IMG/VR virus record: IMGVR_UViG_3300047323_000678
DNA length: 64,000 nucleotides
DNA from: a virus
Lineage: Duplodnaviria; Heunggongvirae; Uroviricota; Caudoviricetes
Direction: 5' to 3' (one strand)
Below are positions 9,909 to 17,916 of the stretch, one piece after another. A program made the position numbers and the translations under genes. Numbering within the stretch: the stretch's first letter is position 1; each line of letters starts with the position of its first letter. The notes under the pieces are model-generated. The model did no database searches and was not told the DNA's origin. It saw only the letters and a list, made by a program, of their open reading frames with translations.

Positions 9909-10199
9909 ATGTTCGGCTATCAGGAAAGTTTTTATAAAATTGAAAAAAAAGCTTCTATTCAGACTAGAAATGGAGAACAAATTGTTGAAATTCGTGTAGA
10001 TGAATATTCAAAATATATTTCTATTTATGGAAAAGCTATTGACATTATTTTTCTATATAATAATGAAGAAGATATGAATAAAGATTGGCAACGAATAATT
10101 TCTGAGCCAGAGGTGAAAGTTAGTGAACTGCTGTGGCATGAAAAAATCATTAGTCACAGCACTGGCTATACTAAAGATGGATGTGTGATTATGTATTAA
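9909..10199 (+). CDS. hypothetical protein
   Basis: 96 aa ORF with AAGGA RBS. Confidence 0.65.
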   Translation: MFGYQESFYKIEKKASIQTRNGEQIVEIRVDEYSKYISIYGKAIDIIFLYNNEEDMNKDWQRIISEPEVKVSELLWHEKIISHSTGYTKDGCVIMY

Positions 10200-10444
10200 T
10201 AAAGAGGAAAAAAGTGAGTGAATTTAAAATAACAAGAAAAATAGATATATTAGAAACAATTTCAGTACTTAGTTTTTGTTTCGGAGCCACAACAATTCTT
10301 TATTTTTTAATGAATTCATTAAACACAAAGACAGTAAATTGGGTTCAGTTTGATGATTTCTTTGTTCCAGGAGCTTCCTTATTGCTAGCAGCAGTATTAG
10401 CAAATAAATGGGCAAATGATGAGTTGGTTAAAATCTGTAGATGA
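10181..10444 (+). CDS. small two-TM membrane protein (start may be GTG 10214)
   Basis: Two hydrophobic segments; GAGG RBS before GTG. Confidence 0.6.
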   Translation: MCDYVLIKRKKVSEFKITRKIDILETISVLSFCFGATTILYFLMNSLNTKTVNWVQFDDFFVPGASLLLAAVLANKWANDELVKICR

Positions 10445-10496
10445 AGTTGAAAAAAATGCCTAGTTAAACTAGGCATATGTAAATTAATTTAAGTAG

Positions 10497-11489
10497 TTAA
10501 TCCGTGTTGTCTAATTCAGATTTCACTTGGTAATCCTTTTGTATAATGCCTTTGTTTTTATTCCCTCGTCCATGTTCATTCCACCAAAATACACCTGTTG
10601 AGCGAACCTTGAAGTGTCCCATAACAGTTCCCCATCTTCTATCTGAAGACAGATTATCAAAGTGTTTTTGTAAAGCACTATAATTAACTTTTTTTCTATC
10701 TAAACGGCTTCCTGACTCACTAACAAAGATATCTAAAGTGAGATATTCAAAAAAAGGTGGTTTTTTATTCTTTTCGCGCTTTTTATTAAGTTTTGTTGGT
10801 GCATCAATAGCTTTAACAATTTTTAAGTTTTTTGTATTAAACATTAAACATGCGCGAACAGACATAGCAGTTTCATCAGCTACATCGTTCATAAGTGCGA
10901 TTGTTTCTTGTTCTTTGGAGATTTTTCCATACATTCTTTTTGCACATTGGTCTAAAATTGTATAAACATCCATTTTCGTTTGGATACTCTTATTATCAAT
11001 AAGCATGTGCCCAAAATCATCAGCCATATGTTTATCTATATATCCAGCACCAAAACTACAATTCCAAACTTTATCTGCATCTAAGTAGTAAAGACTTATG
11101 ACTAGAATTCCATCAGCATCTTTGGGCATACGACCTGTATCTTTTAGCATTTTTACTGGTCCTGCATTTTTAGAGCAATCATATGCAAGAGCAATTCTTT
11201 TTGTACTTTTTGCTGTAATAACAGACTTTAATCCTTTTATGGGTTCATCTCTTGCTGATGGGCAAGAATATTCAAATGCACAGATAGGATAAGGGAGTTT
11301 TAGAAGATTCAGTGATGAGGCTGTTACTTTCACATTCATCTTATCTGGTGGAGGAATAAGAAATTTTGTAGCAGTCATCAAGTCACTCATAACGGCGTTT
11401 AATGACATGGCATCACGATGCATGCCAATAGCTTCCATTGTGTAGCGTGACATAGGAAGATGTTCCAAACATTCAGTAGAGTAATTCAT
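10497..11489 (-). CDS. hypothetical phage-like protein
   Basis: 330 aa; LKLPYP near N-terminus, LNKKREKNKKPPFFEY..L and GHFK.R.TGVFWW..H.RG near C-terminus. Confidence 0.75.
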   Translation of the reverse strand: MNYSTECLEHLPMSRYTMEAIGMHRDAMSLNAVMSDLMTATKFLIPPPDKMNVKVTASSLNLLKLPYPICAFEYSCPSARDEPIKGLKSVITAKSTKRIALAYDCSKNAGPVKMLKDTGRMPKDADGILVISLYYLDADKVWNCSFGAGYIDKHMADDFGHMLIDNKSIQTKMDVYTILDQCAKRMYGKISKEQETIALMNDVADETAMSVRACLMFNTKNLKIVKAIDAPTKLNKKREKNKKPPFFEYLTLDIFVSESGSRLDRKKVNYSALQKHFDNLSSDRRWGTVMGHFKVRSTGVFWWNEHGRGNKNKGIIQKDYQVKSELDNTD

Positions 11490-11848
11490 AAACTGCTCCC
11501 CATGTTCTAGAAGAGAGTAGGTTACTACTATATGGTTAAGAATGCAACAAGATTATATAGGGCGCATAGGCTTGAAAAGCCTCTATAATTTTCCTGAACC
11601 ACTAACCACTCATATATCTACAAATAGTATTTAATGAAAATTTAAACTATTTATTAATAAGGTTTTATTGCAATTATTTTATTGTACTATAACACATTCG
11701 CCAATGTGGTCGACCAACCACAAGAATGCGGAAAAATTTATATTGATTAAAATAAGTTTGTTAATAATTTTTGGTTGATTTTAATTAAAGAATAAAAATT
11801 TAATAATTATATAATAGTTATATTAAAATTTAATTGAGGAGAAATATC

Positions 11849-11992
11849 ATGGCTAAAGTTTTTATAATTTGGATAGTTTTTTCTTTAGTGGCTTTTCTGT
11901 ATCAAATTTATACTAAGCGTAACTGGAAAATAGCTATTCAGCAAAGCACTATCCAGGGATTTGTTCTCTCAATTTTTGTGATGCTTCCGTAG
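11849..11992 (+). CDS. small membrane protein (47 aa, not in ORF track)
   Basis: GAGGAG RBS; MAKVFIIWIVFSLVAFLYQIYTKRNWKIAIQQSTIQGF... Confidence 0.7.
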   Translation: MAKVFIIWIVFSLVAFLYQIYTKRNWKIAIQQSTIQGFVLSIFVMLP

Positions 11993-12029
11993 CAAATTTA
12001 AAAATAAATACGCTATTAACTCAAATATC

Positions 12030-12058
12030 TGTACATTCTTTTAAAATCATCTTATAAT
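12030..12058 (+). promoter_or_regulatory. TGTACA-N17-TATAAT promoter
   Basis: TGTACA 12030-12035, TATAAT 12053-12058. Confidence 0.7.
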
Positions 12059-12088
12059 GTAGTTTGGACAGCTTAGTAGGAGTTAAAA

Positions 12089-12235
12089 ATGATCAATAAA
12101 GCAGCAATGTTGTAGTTGGGACTGATAATTACTAATTTTTTGTATCAGACAATCACCAATAGGAATTGAAAAAAAGCGGGTAAAATTTCATTTTTCCAAG
12201 CAGTGGTATTTGGAATGTTTATCGTAGCTAATTAA
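12089..12235 (+). pseudogene. small membrane protein paralog with two in-frame stops
   Basis: AGGAG RBS; MINKAAML*LGLIITNFLYQTITNRN*KKAGKISFFQAVVF...; TAG 12113, TGA 12167; aligns with 11849 and 12600 ORFs. Confidence 0.7.
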
Positions 12236-12255
12236 TATTATATTCAAAAAATATT

Positions 12256-12435
12256 ATGCGTACTTATCTAATTAATATTTTGACATCTTTAATCCTTAAT
12301 TTGTTGATTTTTAAGGTCATTTTTAGTAATGATTGGCTCTCTACTATTCAAATAGGCATCTTTAATACCCTAATCATTATCTTGATAACCTACTTTGAAA
12401 AATATTATAAAAACTTAGATGAAAAAACGACTTAA
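12256..12435 (+). CDS. small membrane protein (59 aa, not in ORF track)
   Basis: MRTYLINILTSLILNLLIFKVIFSNDWLSTIQIGIFNTL...; distantly similar to neighbours. Confidence 0.5.
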   Translation: MRTYLINILTSLILNLLIFKVIFSNDWLSTIQIGIFNTLIIILITYFEKYYKNLDEKTT

Positions 12436-12522
12436 AATTTTAAAAAATTACAATGTTTTAGTGCATTCTAGAACTTAAAAGAAGCTCTTACACGAAGCTT
12501 TTTTTATTTTAGAGTAAAAAAC

Positions 12523-12551
12523 TGTACATCATTTTAAAATAAGACTATAAT
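12523..12551 (+). promoter_or_regulatory. TGTACA-N17-TATAAT promoter
   Basis: TGTACA 12523-12528, TATAAT 12546-12551. Confidence 0.7.
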
Positions 12552-12599
12552 TATTTTAGTTAAAACACTTTTACTAAAATAATCAACAAAGGAACTAAT

Positions 12600-12773
12600 A
12601 TGATTAATCGAGCTATTTTTATTTCACTTGGTTTCGTGATGGGTAATTTTTTGGTTCAAATGTTTGGGGAACATCATTGGGGAATCGCTCTTGAAAGGAG
12701 TTTTTTCCAAGTTTTTGCTATTTGGAGTTTTGTCTTACTGTGCAATAACAAGTTTGTTGGAATTCAGAAGTAA
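12600..12773 (+). CDS. small membrane protein (57 aa, not in ORF track)
   Basis: AAGGA RBS; MINRAIFISLGFVMGNFLVQMFGEHHWGIALERSFFQ... Confidence 0.75.
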   Translation: MINRAIFISLGFVMGNFLVQMFGEHHWGIALERSFFQVFAIWSFVLLCNNKFVGIQK

Positions 12774-12805
12774 AGATAACTTAGTAATTCCATAAAGGAT
12801 ATATC

Positions 12806-13033
12806 ATGAAACGAAGCTTAAAAAAAGCCTTAAAATTTTTTGGTTGGGCATTTTCAGTTTCATATGCTTTGATGCTTATTTATGGTATTGGTGAAATCGG
12901 TTTAGCCAAGATGCAGCCGTGGATCTTTTTGGGTGTTCAACTTATTGTTGTAACTGTGGCAATCAAAACCCAACTAATCTATAACGATCTCAATAAAATG
13001 TATAAACGAGAAGATTTTTATGGTAAAGGTTAG
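12806..13033 (+). CDS. small two-TM membrane protein
   Basis: 75 aa, AAGGA RBS. Confidence 0.7.
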   Translation: MKRSLKKALKFFGWAFSVSYALMLIYGIGEIGLAKMQPWIFLGVQLIVVTVAIKTQLIYNDLNKMYKREDFYGKG

Positions 13034-13036
13034 AAA

Positions 13037-13261
13037 ATGAAAGACTTTATTGTATTTTTAAAATGTTTAGCAGCATCTGCATTTATCTTTTATACATTTT
13101 TTATCTTCTACGGAATATATAAGCTAGATGTAAAAACAATGATGCCTCTAATTAAAATAGAGTTTGGTTTCATTCTCATTATTGTAATGCTTGTAATCCG
13201 TCATTTTTTAACTAAGCTAGAAGAAAAATTGATGAATTTTGCTAGGCAAAAACAACAGTAA
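13037..13261 (+). CDS. small two-TM membrane protein
   Basis: 74 aa, same size and topology as neighbours. Confidence 0.7.
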   Translation: MKDFIVFLKCLAASAFIFYTFFIFYGIYKLDVKTMMPLIKIEFGFILIIVMLVIRHFLTKLEEKLMNFARQKQQ

Positions 13262-13281
13262 AGTTTAACTTGTTAAAATAC

Positions 13282-13309
13282 TGTACAACATTTTAAAATA
13301 CAGTATAAT
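13282..13309 (+). promoter_or_regulatory. TGTACA-N16-TATAAT promoter
   Basis: TGTACA 13282-13287, TATAAT 13304-13309, then AACCTCATC. Confidence 0.7.
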
Positions 13310-13343
13310 AACCTCATCAAAATCCTCTCCGAAAGGAAAGTAA

Positions 13344-13568
13344 ATGAAACGATTCCTACAACTGATTTTAATTTTTACTACGGTTTTTATTGCAAGTGGT
13401 TATTTCACTCTTCTTTTTCGTGCCTGGGAAACCCAAGAATTAGTTAAAATTTGGCCTGTAGTTACTTTTGGATTGGGTGGAATTGTGGTTGGTAGTCTTT
13501 TCACAGCTTATATTGCATTAGAAAAAATAAAAACAACAGTAAACTGTAATTCCTTAAAAACTTCTTAA
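13344..13568 (+). CDS. small two-TM membrane protein
   Basis: 74 aa, AAGGA RBS. Confidence 0.7.
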   Translation: MKRFLQLILIFTTVFIASGYFTLLFRAWETQELVKIWPVVTFGLGGIVVGSLFTAYIALEKIKTTVNCNSLKTS

Positions 13569-13617
13569 AATACGGTATAATAATTTCATCGCAACCAAAT
13601 CCTAAAGGGGAAATAAA

Positions 13618-13776
13618 ATGCAAGGTTCTAAAACTGACAACTTCGTTAAATCGGCAAAGCGTTCGAAAAGTTTTGATGATGGATACAGTGGTCGTCAAGG
13701 TGGGAAGAAGAATGATTTCCACCGTCAATCTCGCAGCAATGGCAACAAAGCAGGAAAATACCAAAAACAAGATTAG
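13618..13776 (+). CDS. small basic protein MQGSKT family, copy 2 (52 aa, not in ORF track)
   Basis: AAGGGG RBS, upstream TATAATAATTTCATC; MQGSKTDNFVKSAKRSKSFDDGYSG... Confidence 0.8.
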   Translation: MQGSKTDNFVKSAKRSKSFDDGYSGRQGGKKNDFHRQSRSNGNKAGKYQKQD

Positions 13777-13795
13777 TGAATAAGCGAGCATACTT

Positions 13796-14044
13796 ATGAA
13801 AAAGTGCTTAAAAAAAGCTATTAATTCTCGTGTAATGCTTTTGATAGCTTGTTTAATTTTTTCAATGTGGATTGTGACTAGTCAAACAGAAATTGGGATT
13901 GCTTGGAAAAAAGAGCTTCCTGAGATTGTTGCTGACTGCATGTATCCATGTCTTTTTCTAAGCATGCTCGTTGGCTTTTTTACATCTTTAATCCTGTGGA
14001 TTGAAGAAAGTATTGAAAAAAGTAATAATAAATTTGTTATTTAA
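13796..14044 (+). CDS. small membrane protein
   Basis: 82 aa, two hydrophobic segments, followed by terminator at 14043-14069. Confidence 0.65.
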   Translation: MKKCLKKAINSRVMLLIACLIFSMWIVTSQTEIGIAWKKELPEIVADCMYPCLFLSMLVGFFTSLILWIEESIEKSNNKFVI

Positions 14045-14082
14045 AAGCCACTGATGTGGCTTTTTTTTTAGAGGAATCAAAT

Positions 14083-14454
14083 ATGAAAAAAATATTCTCT
14101 ATCTTCATCTTTGCTCTTGCATTTAATGTGCCAGTTTTTGCACAGACTGATATGCTCAATACTGTAAATATGATTAACAACACTATGTTAATGGTGGCAG
14201 CATCAGAACAACAAAATCAACAACAGGCACAAGCTCAAGCAACACCTATTGTTGTTAACATTCAATATGACTCAGAAGGTAAAATGGTGGTTACATCACC
14301 TAATGCTGAAGTCAAATATCAATCAGAGATGCCAACACAAGCTAATCAAGTAGTTCCTGTAGAAGACCATAAAACAGGCGAAATTTTTTTAGCTTTTATT
14401 TTTGGATGTTTTGTAGGTTGGATTATAATGAAAATTTTTTCACCAATTAAATAG
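14083..14454 (+). CDS. exported protein with C-terminal membrane anchor
   Basis: GAGG RBS before ATG 14083; signal peptide MKKIFSIFIFALAFNVPVFA; C-terminal TM; N-terminus resembles 38350 ORF. Confidence 0.7.
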   Translation: MKKIFSIFIFALAFNVPVFAQTDMLNTVNMINNTMLMVAASEQQNQQQAQAQATPIVVNIQYDSEGKMVVTSPNAEVKYQSEMPTQANQVVPVEDHKTGEIFLAFIFGCFVGWIIMKIFSPIK

Positions 14455-14550
14455 AAAAGGGGCTGATGCCCCTTTTGTTTATTTATATCAATACAATCAT
14501 TAAATAAGTACCTATAATTAAAATAAAGTTTACTGAAAGAAAGTATTGAT

Positions 14551-14808
14551 ATGAAAAAATTATTTTTTATTAATTCATTTATCCTTATTGTATTTATCTT
14601 TAGTGCAGAAATAAACGAATATCTTACTAATTATTATTATCAATTACATAATTATTTTTACAATTATTATTTCCATCTATATAATTACTTCTATAATTGG
14701 TCTATATTAAAACTTTTACTTACTTTTTTAGTAGTGATAATAGTAGTTGGGTTTTCCACTGGAATTATTAGTAATATATATAAATTAAAAATAATCAATA
14801 AAAAATAA
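14551..14808 (+). CDS. small membrane protein with 11-aa Tyr/Asn tandem repeat
   Basis: NYYYQLHNYFY / NYYFHLYNYFY between two TM segments. Confidence 0.5.
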   Translation: MKKLFFINSFILIVFIFSAEINEYLTNYYYQLHNYFYNYYFHLYNYFYNWSILKLLLTFLVVIIVVGFSTGIISNIYKLKIINKK

Positions 14809-14828
14809 AAAGGGGCTACTGCCCCTTT
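14808..14828. terminator. bidirectional terminator ending the minus-strand operon
   Basis: AAAAGGGGC-TACT-GCCCCTTT. Confidence 0.8.
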
Positions 14829-14834
14829 AGTTTT

Positions 14835-15248
14835 TTAATTTTTTGCAATTTGTTGAACTTCAACAATCAATGCATCAAATTTCTCTCTTGTAATTAGTTC
14901 TTTAAATGGTTCATAAAGAAGATTGCTATAATATTGATTAGGATAGTTACTGGTAAAAAAACTTAGAGCAGTGAGATAGCCTACAGTATGCTCTATAAAT
15001 CCTCTTGATAATGGCTTGCCTCTAACAATATTATAAAGAATATGATGTTCAGGATGTAAAAATCCTTTAACTTTTACTTTATGAATTTTAGATTCATATT
15101 TTCTAGTATTAGGATTATAAACTTTAATTTCTTCTTCTTTATAAATTGGCTTTCTTCTCTTATCATTGCTAGCAGTCTTCCACATAGCAATAAATTCTTG
15201 TTTAGTAATAGTTTGTATCTGTTTAATTTCATTGTTAATAGTTTCCAT
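14835..15248 (-). CDS. hypothetical protein (HHILYNIVRGK motif)
   Basis: 137 aa, AAGGAG RBS. Confidence 0.8.
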   Translation of the reverse strand: METINNEIKQIQTITKQEFIAMWKTASNDKRRKPIYKEEEIKVYNPNTRKYESKIHKVKVKGFLHPEHHILYNIVRGKPLSRGFIEHTVGYLTALSFFTSNYPNQYYSNLLYEPFKELITREKFDALIVEVQQIAKN

Positions 15249-15323
15249 AATAATCTCCTTAAGTTGTAAATGGAATTTTTTAATTTTTACTTCTATTTTT
15301 AAACATTCACTACTTAATAAAAA

Positions 15324-15350
15324 TTATGGTGGTTTAAAGATCTACAACAT
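15324..15350 (-). other. RBS-led minigene ATG TTG TAG ATC TTT AAA CCA CCA TAA (putative leader peptide)
   Basis: AAGGAG RBS 6 nt upstream; first 11 nt identical to the start of the Pth2-like gene at 17828. Confidence 0.6.
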
Positions 15351-15366
15351 ATTATTCTCCTTGATA

Positions 15367-15531
15367 TTATTTATTTATTTTTTGATTTTTTAATGCAGCA
15401 ATGTACCCTGCTTTAAAATAATCCCAAGATAACAGCCATTCATAAGTATCTCTGAAATGATCATTTTCTTTTTCCTTTGACCAAAATTCATAAATTTGTA
15501 GGTCTAAATCTTCTTCATCTATCTCAGACAT
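15367..15531 (-). CDS. hypothetical protein (54 aa, not in ORF track)
   Basis: MSEIDEEDLDLQIYEFWSKE...WDYFKAGYIAALKNQKINK*; overlaps the upstream stop and fills an operon gap. Confidence 0.65.
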   Translation of the reverse strand: MSEIDEEDLDLQIYEFWSKEKENDHFRDTYEWLLSWDYFKAGYIAALKNQKINK

Positions 15532-16045
15532 TTTCATTACCTGTAGCTTGATTTTCCGCTTCTTCTTTTTTCTGTCTATCTACATCATCAGAAAATTCTT
15601 TCCATAAGCGCTGTCCTTCAGCCTTACCCCACTTAACAGTGCTAGTAATTCCAAATAATTCTTCGGCATGACATCTAGAGCAAGAACTAGGAAAGCCAGT
15701 GCAATCACCACTATGAATGTCAGATAATCCATATATATAAACGGTTTTAAACCAATCATTATCTACAAAAGCTTCAATAATGTCATCATTCCATCTATTC
15801 ATGTATTTATTCCATCTTTCAATCGACCTTTCTGCTTCTTTTTCTACCATTTCTTTTGTGTAAGGATAGCTTGGTTCTTTCCCTTTAGTTAATTCATAAT
15901 GCTGAATAAGAAAATGTATCATTTCCCAAATATTATTTTCCATTGCATAGCGAGCTTTAGCTAATTTGATTTCACTTTCTGATGGCTCATAAGCTGGCGG
16001 ATTTAAAATTTCTTGATTTTTATATTTATACATAATATTCTCCAA
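15524..16045 (-). CDS. hypothetical protein with HxGDCT..C..CHAE metal-binding motif
   Basis: HSGDCTGFPSSCSRCHAEELFGI; related to next ORF. Confidence 0.75.
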   Translation of the reverse strand: MENIMYKYKNQEILNPPAYEPSESEIKLAKARYAMENNIWEMIHFLIQHYELTKGKEPSYPYTKEMVEKEAERSIERWNKYMNRWNDDIIEAFVDNDWFKTVYIYGLSDIHSGDCTGFPSSCSRCHAEELFGITSTVKWGKAEGQRLWKEFSDDVDRQKKEEAENQATGNENV

Positions 16046-16047
16046 AA

Positions 16048-16641
16048 TTAGTTTTCATCTTTAAAATGTTCATTTTTATAATTAACTAGCCAATCATGTG
16101 CTAATTTAGCGTCAGCCATCCAACGCGGAACATATTGCTCATATCCACCTAATTTTTTCCATGCTTCACTAGTATAATGAGCAGGATTAATTTCATAATT
16201 AGCCAAATAAGCAATTGCTTCATCTATGCTTTTTTCATTATTTTTGCCAAAAGCCCCACCAAACTTATTAGCAGCATGTTTTCCTAATCCTGGAATGGTA
16301 TCAATTCCAAGCAAATATTCAGCATGGCACTTAGAGCAAGAACATGCAACACAAGTGCAATCTCCAACATGATTCCCTTGTAATTCAGTAATATAATGCT
16401 CTAACAATTGATCACATCTTTTATCAATATCTGATTTTTCATCAGTACAATAATATTCAGGATCGGCCGATTTTCTAGCAGATTCCAAGTCAAAATGTTT
16501 TCCTTCTTGCAAATTAAAATGAATATCAAAAAGTAATTCTTCCATCTGTTCTAATTTAATTTTTAACCACATTTCTTTTTTATTATGTTCATCCAAATCT
16601 ACAGTGGTATAAAGCGGATTTTTGTGATAATTAATTTTCAT
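16048..16641 (-). CDS. hypothetical protein with HxGDCT..C..CHAE metal-binding motif
   Basis: HVGDCTCVACSCSKCHAEYLLGI. Confidence 0.75.
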   Translation of the reverse strand: MKINYHKNPLYTTVDLDEHNKKEMWLKIKLEQMEELLFDIHFNLQEGKHFDLESARKSADPEYYCTDEKSDIDKRCDQLLEHYITELQGNHVGDCTCVACSCSKCHAEYLLGIDTIPGLGKHAANKFGGAFGKNNEKSIDEAIAYLANYEINPAHYTSEAWKKLGGYEQYVPRWMADAKLAHDWLVNYKNEHFKDEN

Positions 16642-16652
16642 TTTATTCTTCC

Positions 16653-17024
16653 TTAATTATATTGTTCGTTTTTCTTTTCTGCTTCAAAAATTTCTTCCCA
16701 AGTAAAAGTATGATAAACACAATTCCAATGTTCTTCTGCTTCCCAAGAAAGGTGAATTCCTTCATGACTTACTCTTGCTTCATCATGTTCTAAATGATTT
16801 CCACTTCTAGAATATGGTGCAATGTTTTGTTCTTCAGATAATTGTTGTGCAATTTCTTTATACTTATCAGTTATTTTTCTTAAATTTTCTTTATGCCATG
16901 AGGTTTCATTATAATAATCGCGGTCAGCTTTAGTCTTGATTTCTGAACGCTTATTTTTTGCTTTTGAAATTTCTGTAATAGATTGCTGAATATTAGTTTT
17001 GATATCTTCAATTTTGTCATTCAT
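16653..17024 (-). CDS. hypothetical protein
   Basis: 123 aa, GGAG RBS, in operon. Confidence 0.75.
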   Translation of the reverse strand: MNDKIEDIKTNIQQSITEISKAKNKRSEIKTKADRDYYNETSWHKENLRKITDKYKEIAQQLSEEQNIAPYSRSGNHLEHDEARVSHEGIHLSWEAEEHWNCVYHTFTWEEIFEAEKKNEQYN

Positions 17025-17040
17025 TTTATTCTCCCAATAA

Positions 17041-17490
17041 TTAATTATATTTAGCCATTAAGCGTGCAAGTTCAGCTTTTTCTGCATCTTCTTGACGCTG
17101 TTTTTCACGAAGTCGAAATGCTTCCTGATCTTGTAATTTACGCTCAGCAATTTCCTTATCTTTCTTTTCTTTTTCAGCTTTTAATTTTGCATAAATTTCA
17201 GTAGCTAATGTTTCAATGTCAGAAGCATGCGAAATTAATTTATCTTGATCTTCATTGCTTAATGAATCATGTAAATCATTTGCATTATGTCCATTAATAA
17301 GAAGAGTGATTTCGGCATCAGAATTAGTAAACATAGAATAGCCATAATGCTGAACAAGATCATTTCTCTCCATATCACTAAAGTGTCGAATTTCAAGATT
17401 GGAATCTTGTCCAGTATGGTAATCACCACAACGGTCATGCCAACCTTGTTCGCCAGGAGTATAAACAATAAGGGTATAAAGTGTTTTCAT
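17041..17490 (-). CDS. hypothetical protein with C-terminal coiled coil
   Basis: Start reassigned to ATG 17490 (AGGAG RBS, TAATG overlap with the upstream gene's stop). Confidence 0.75.
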   Translation of the reverse strand: MKTLYTLIVYTPGEQGWHDRCGDYHTGQDSNLEIRHFSDMERNDLVQHYGYSMFTNSDAEITLLINGHNANDLHDSLSNEDQDKLISHASDIETLATEIYAKLKAEKEKKDKEIAERKLQDQEAFRLREKQRQEDAEKAELARLMAKYN

Positions 17491-17828
17491 TATTTGTTCT
17501 CCTGTTTTGGATGCCAAAGCTTGAAATTTTTAAAAAGATGGCGATGCTTTTCAGTAATAGGCTTAGTAGCGAATGCAGTTAAACCTGTATTCTTATAAGG
17601 CTCAAAAAATGGATAGCAATCAATTTGCGGACGAAATTCTGCCAGCAAAGATTCTAATTCTTCTTTGTTTTTAGTACCGAAAATAATAATGGAATTTGCT
17701 TCGCTAGATGCTGAGTTTGCTAACCCAGATTCATGAGCGGCATGAGAAGCTTGAACAAGCTGCTGAGGGATTGAAATATCTTGACGGACGAAGATATAGA
17801 CATATTTTTTTTCAGCAATCTACAACAT
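17490..17828 (-). CDS. peptidyl-tRNA hydrolase type 2 (Pth2/PTRHD1)-like protein with in-frame TAG at codon 3
   Basis: AGGAG RBS, ML*IAEKKYVYIFVRQDISIPQQLVQASHAAHE...FFEPYKNTGLTAFATKPITEKHRHLFKNFKLW...*; 113 codons; not in ORF track. Confidence 0.75.
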
Positions 17829-17863
17829 AATATTTCTCCTAATAAAGTTAAGTAAGTGAAGCT

Positions 17864-17893
17864 ATTGTAGACTTAAACAATCTTTTATGTCAA
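17864..17893 (-). promoter_or_regulatory. sigma70 promoter of the minus-strand operon
   Basis: TTGACA-N18-TACAAT on the minus strand. Confidence 0.65.
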
Positions 17894-17916
17894 GCACAAT
17901 TTTAAAAATATTTAAA

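Noticed and set aside
12024-12037. 13/14 match to the putative IscB guide (AATATCTGT[G/A]CATT)
   Set aside because: Short, AT-rich and mismatched near the scaffold-proximal end. Plausible by chance or because the element inserted in a similar promoter.
12107-12115. Third ATGTTGTAG string
   Set aside because: It lies inside the pseudogene at codons 7-9, has no SD at suitable spacing, and is not followed by AT. Treated as coincidental to the two minigenes.
15660-16375. c-type cytochromes from CxxCH motifs
   Set aside because: No signal peptides, and the motif is part of a larger His/Cys cluster.
17491-17517. TTG start at 17517 given by the ORF track
   Set aside because: ATG 17490 has an AGGAG RBS and overlaps the stop of the upstream Pth2-like frame.
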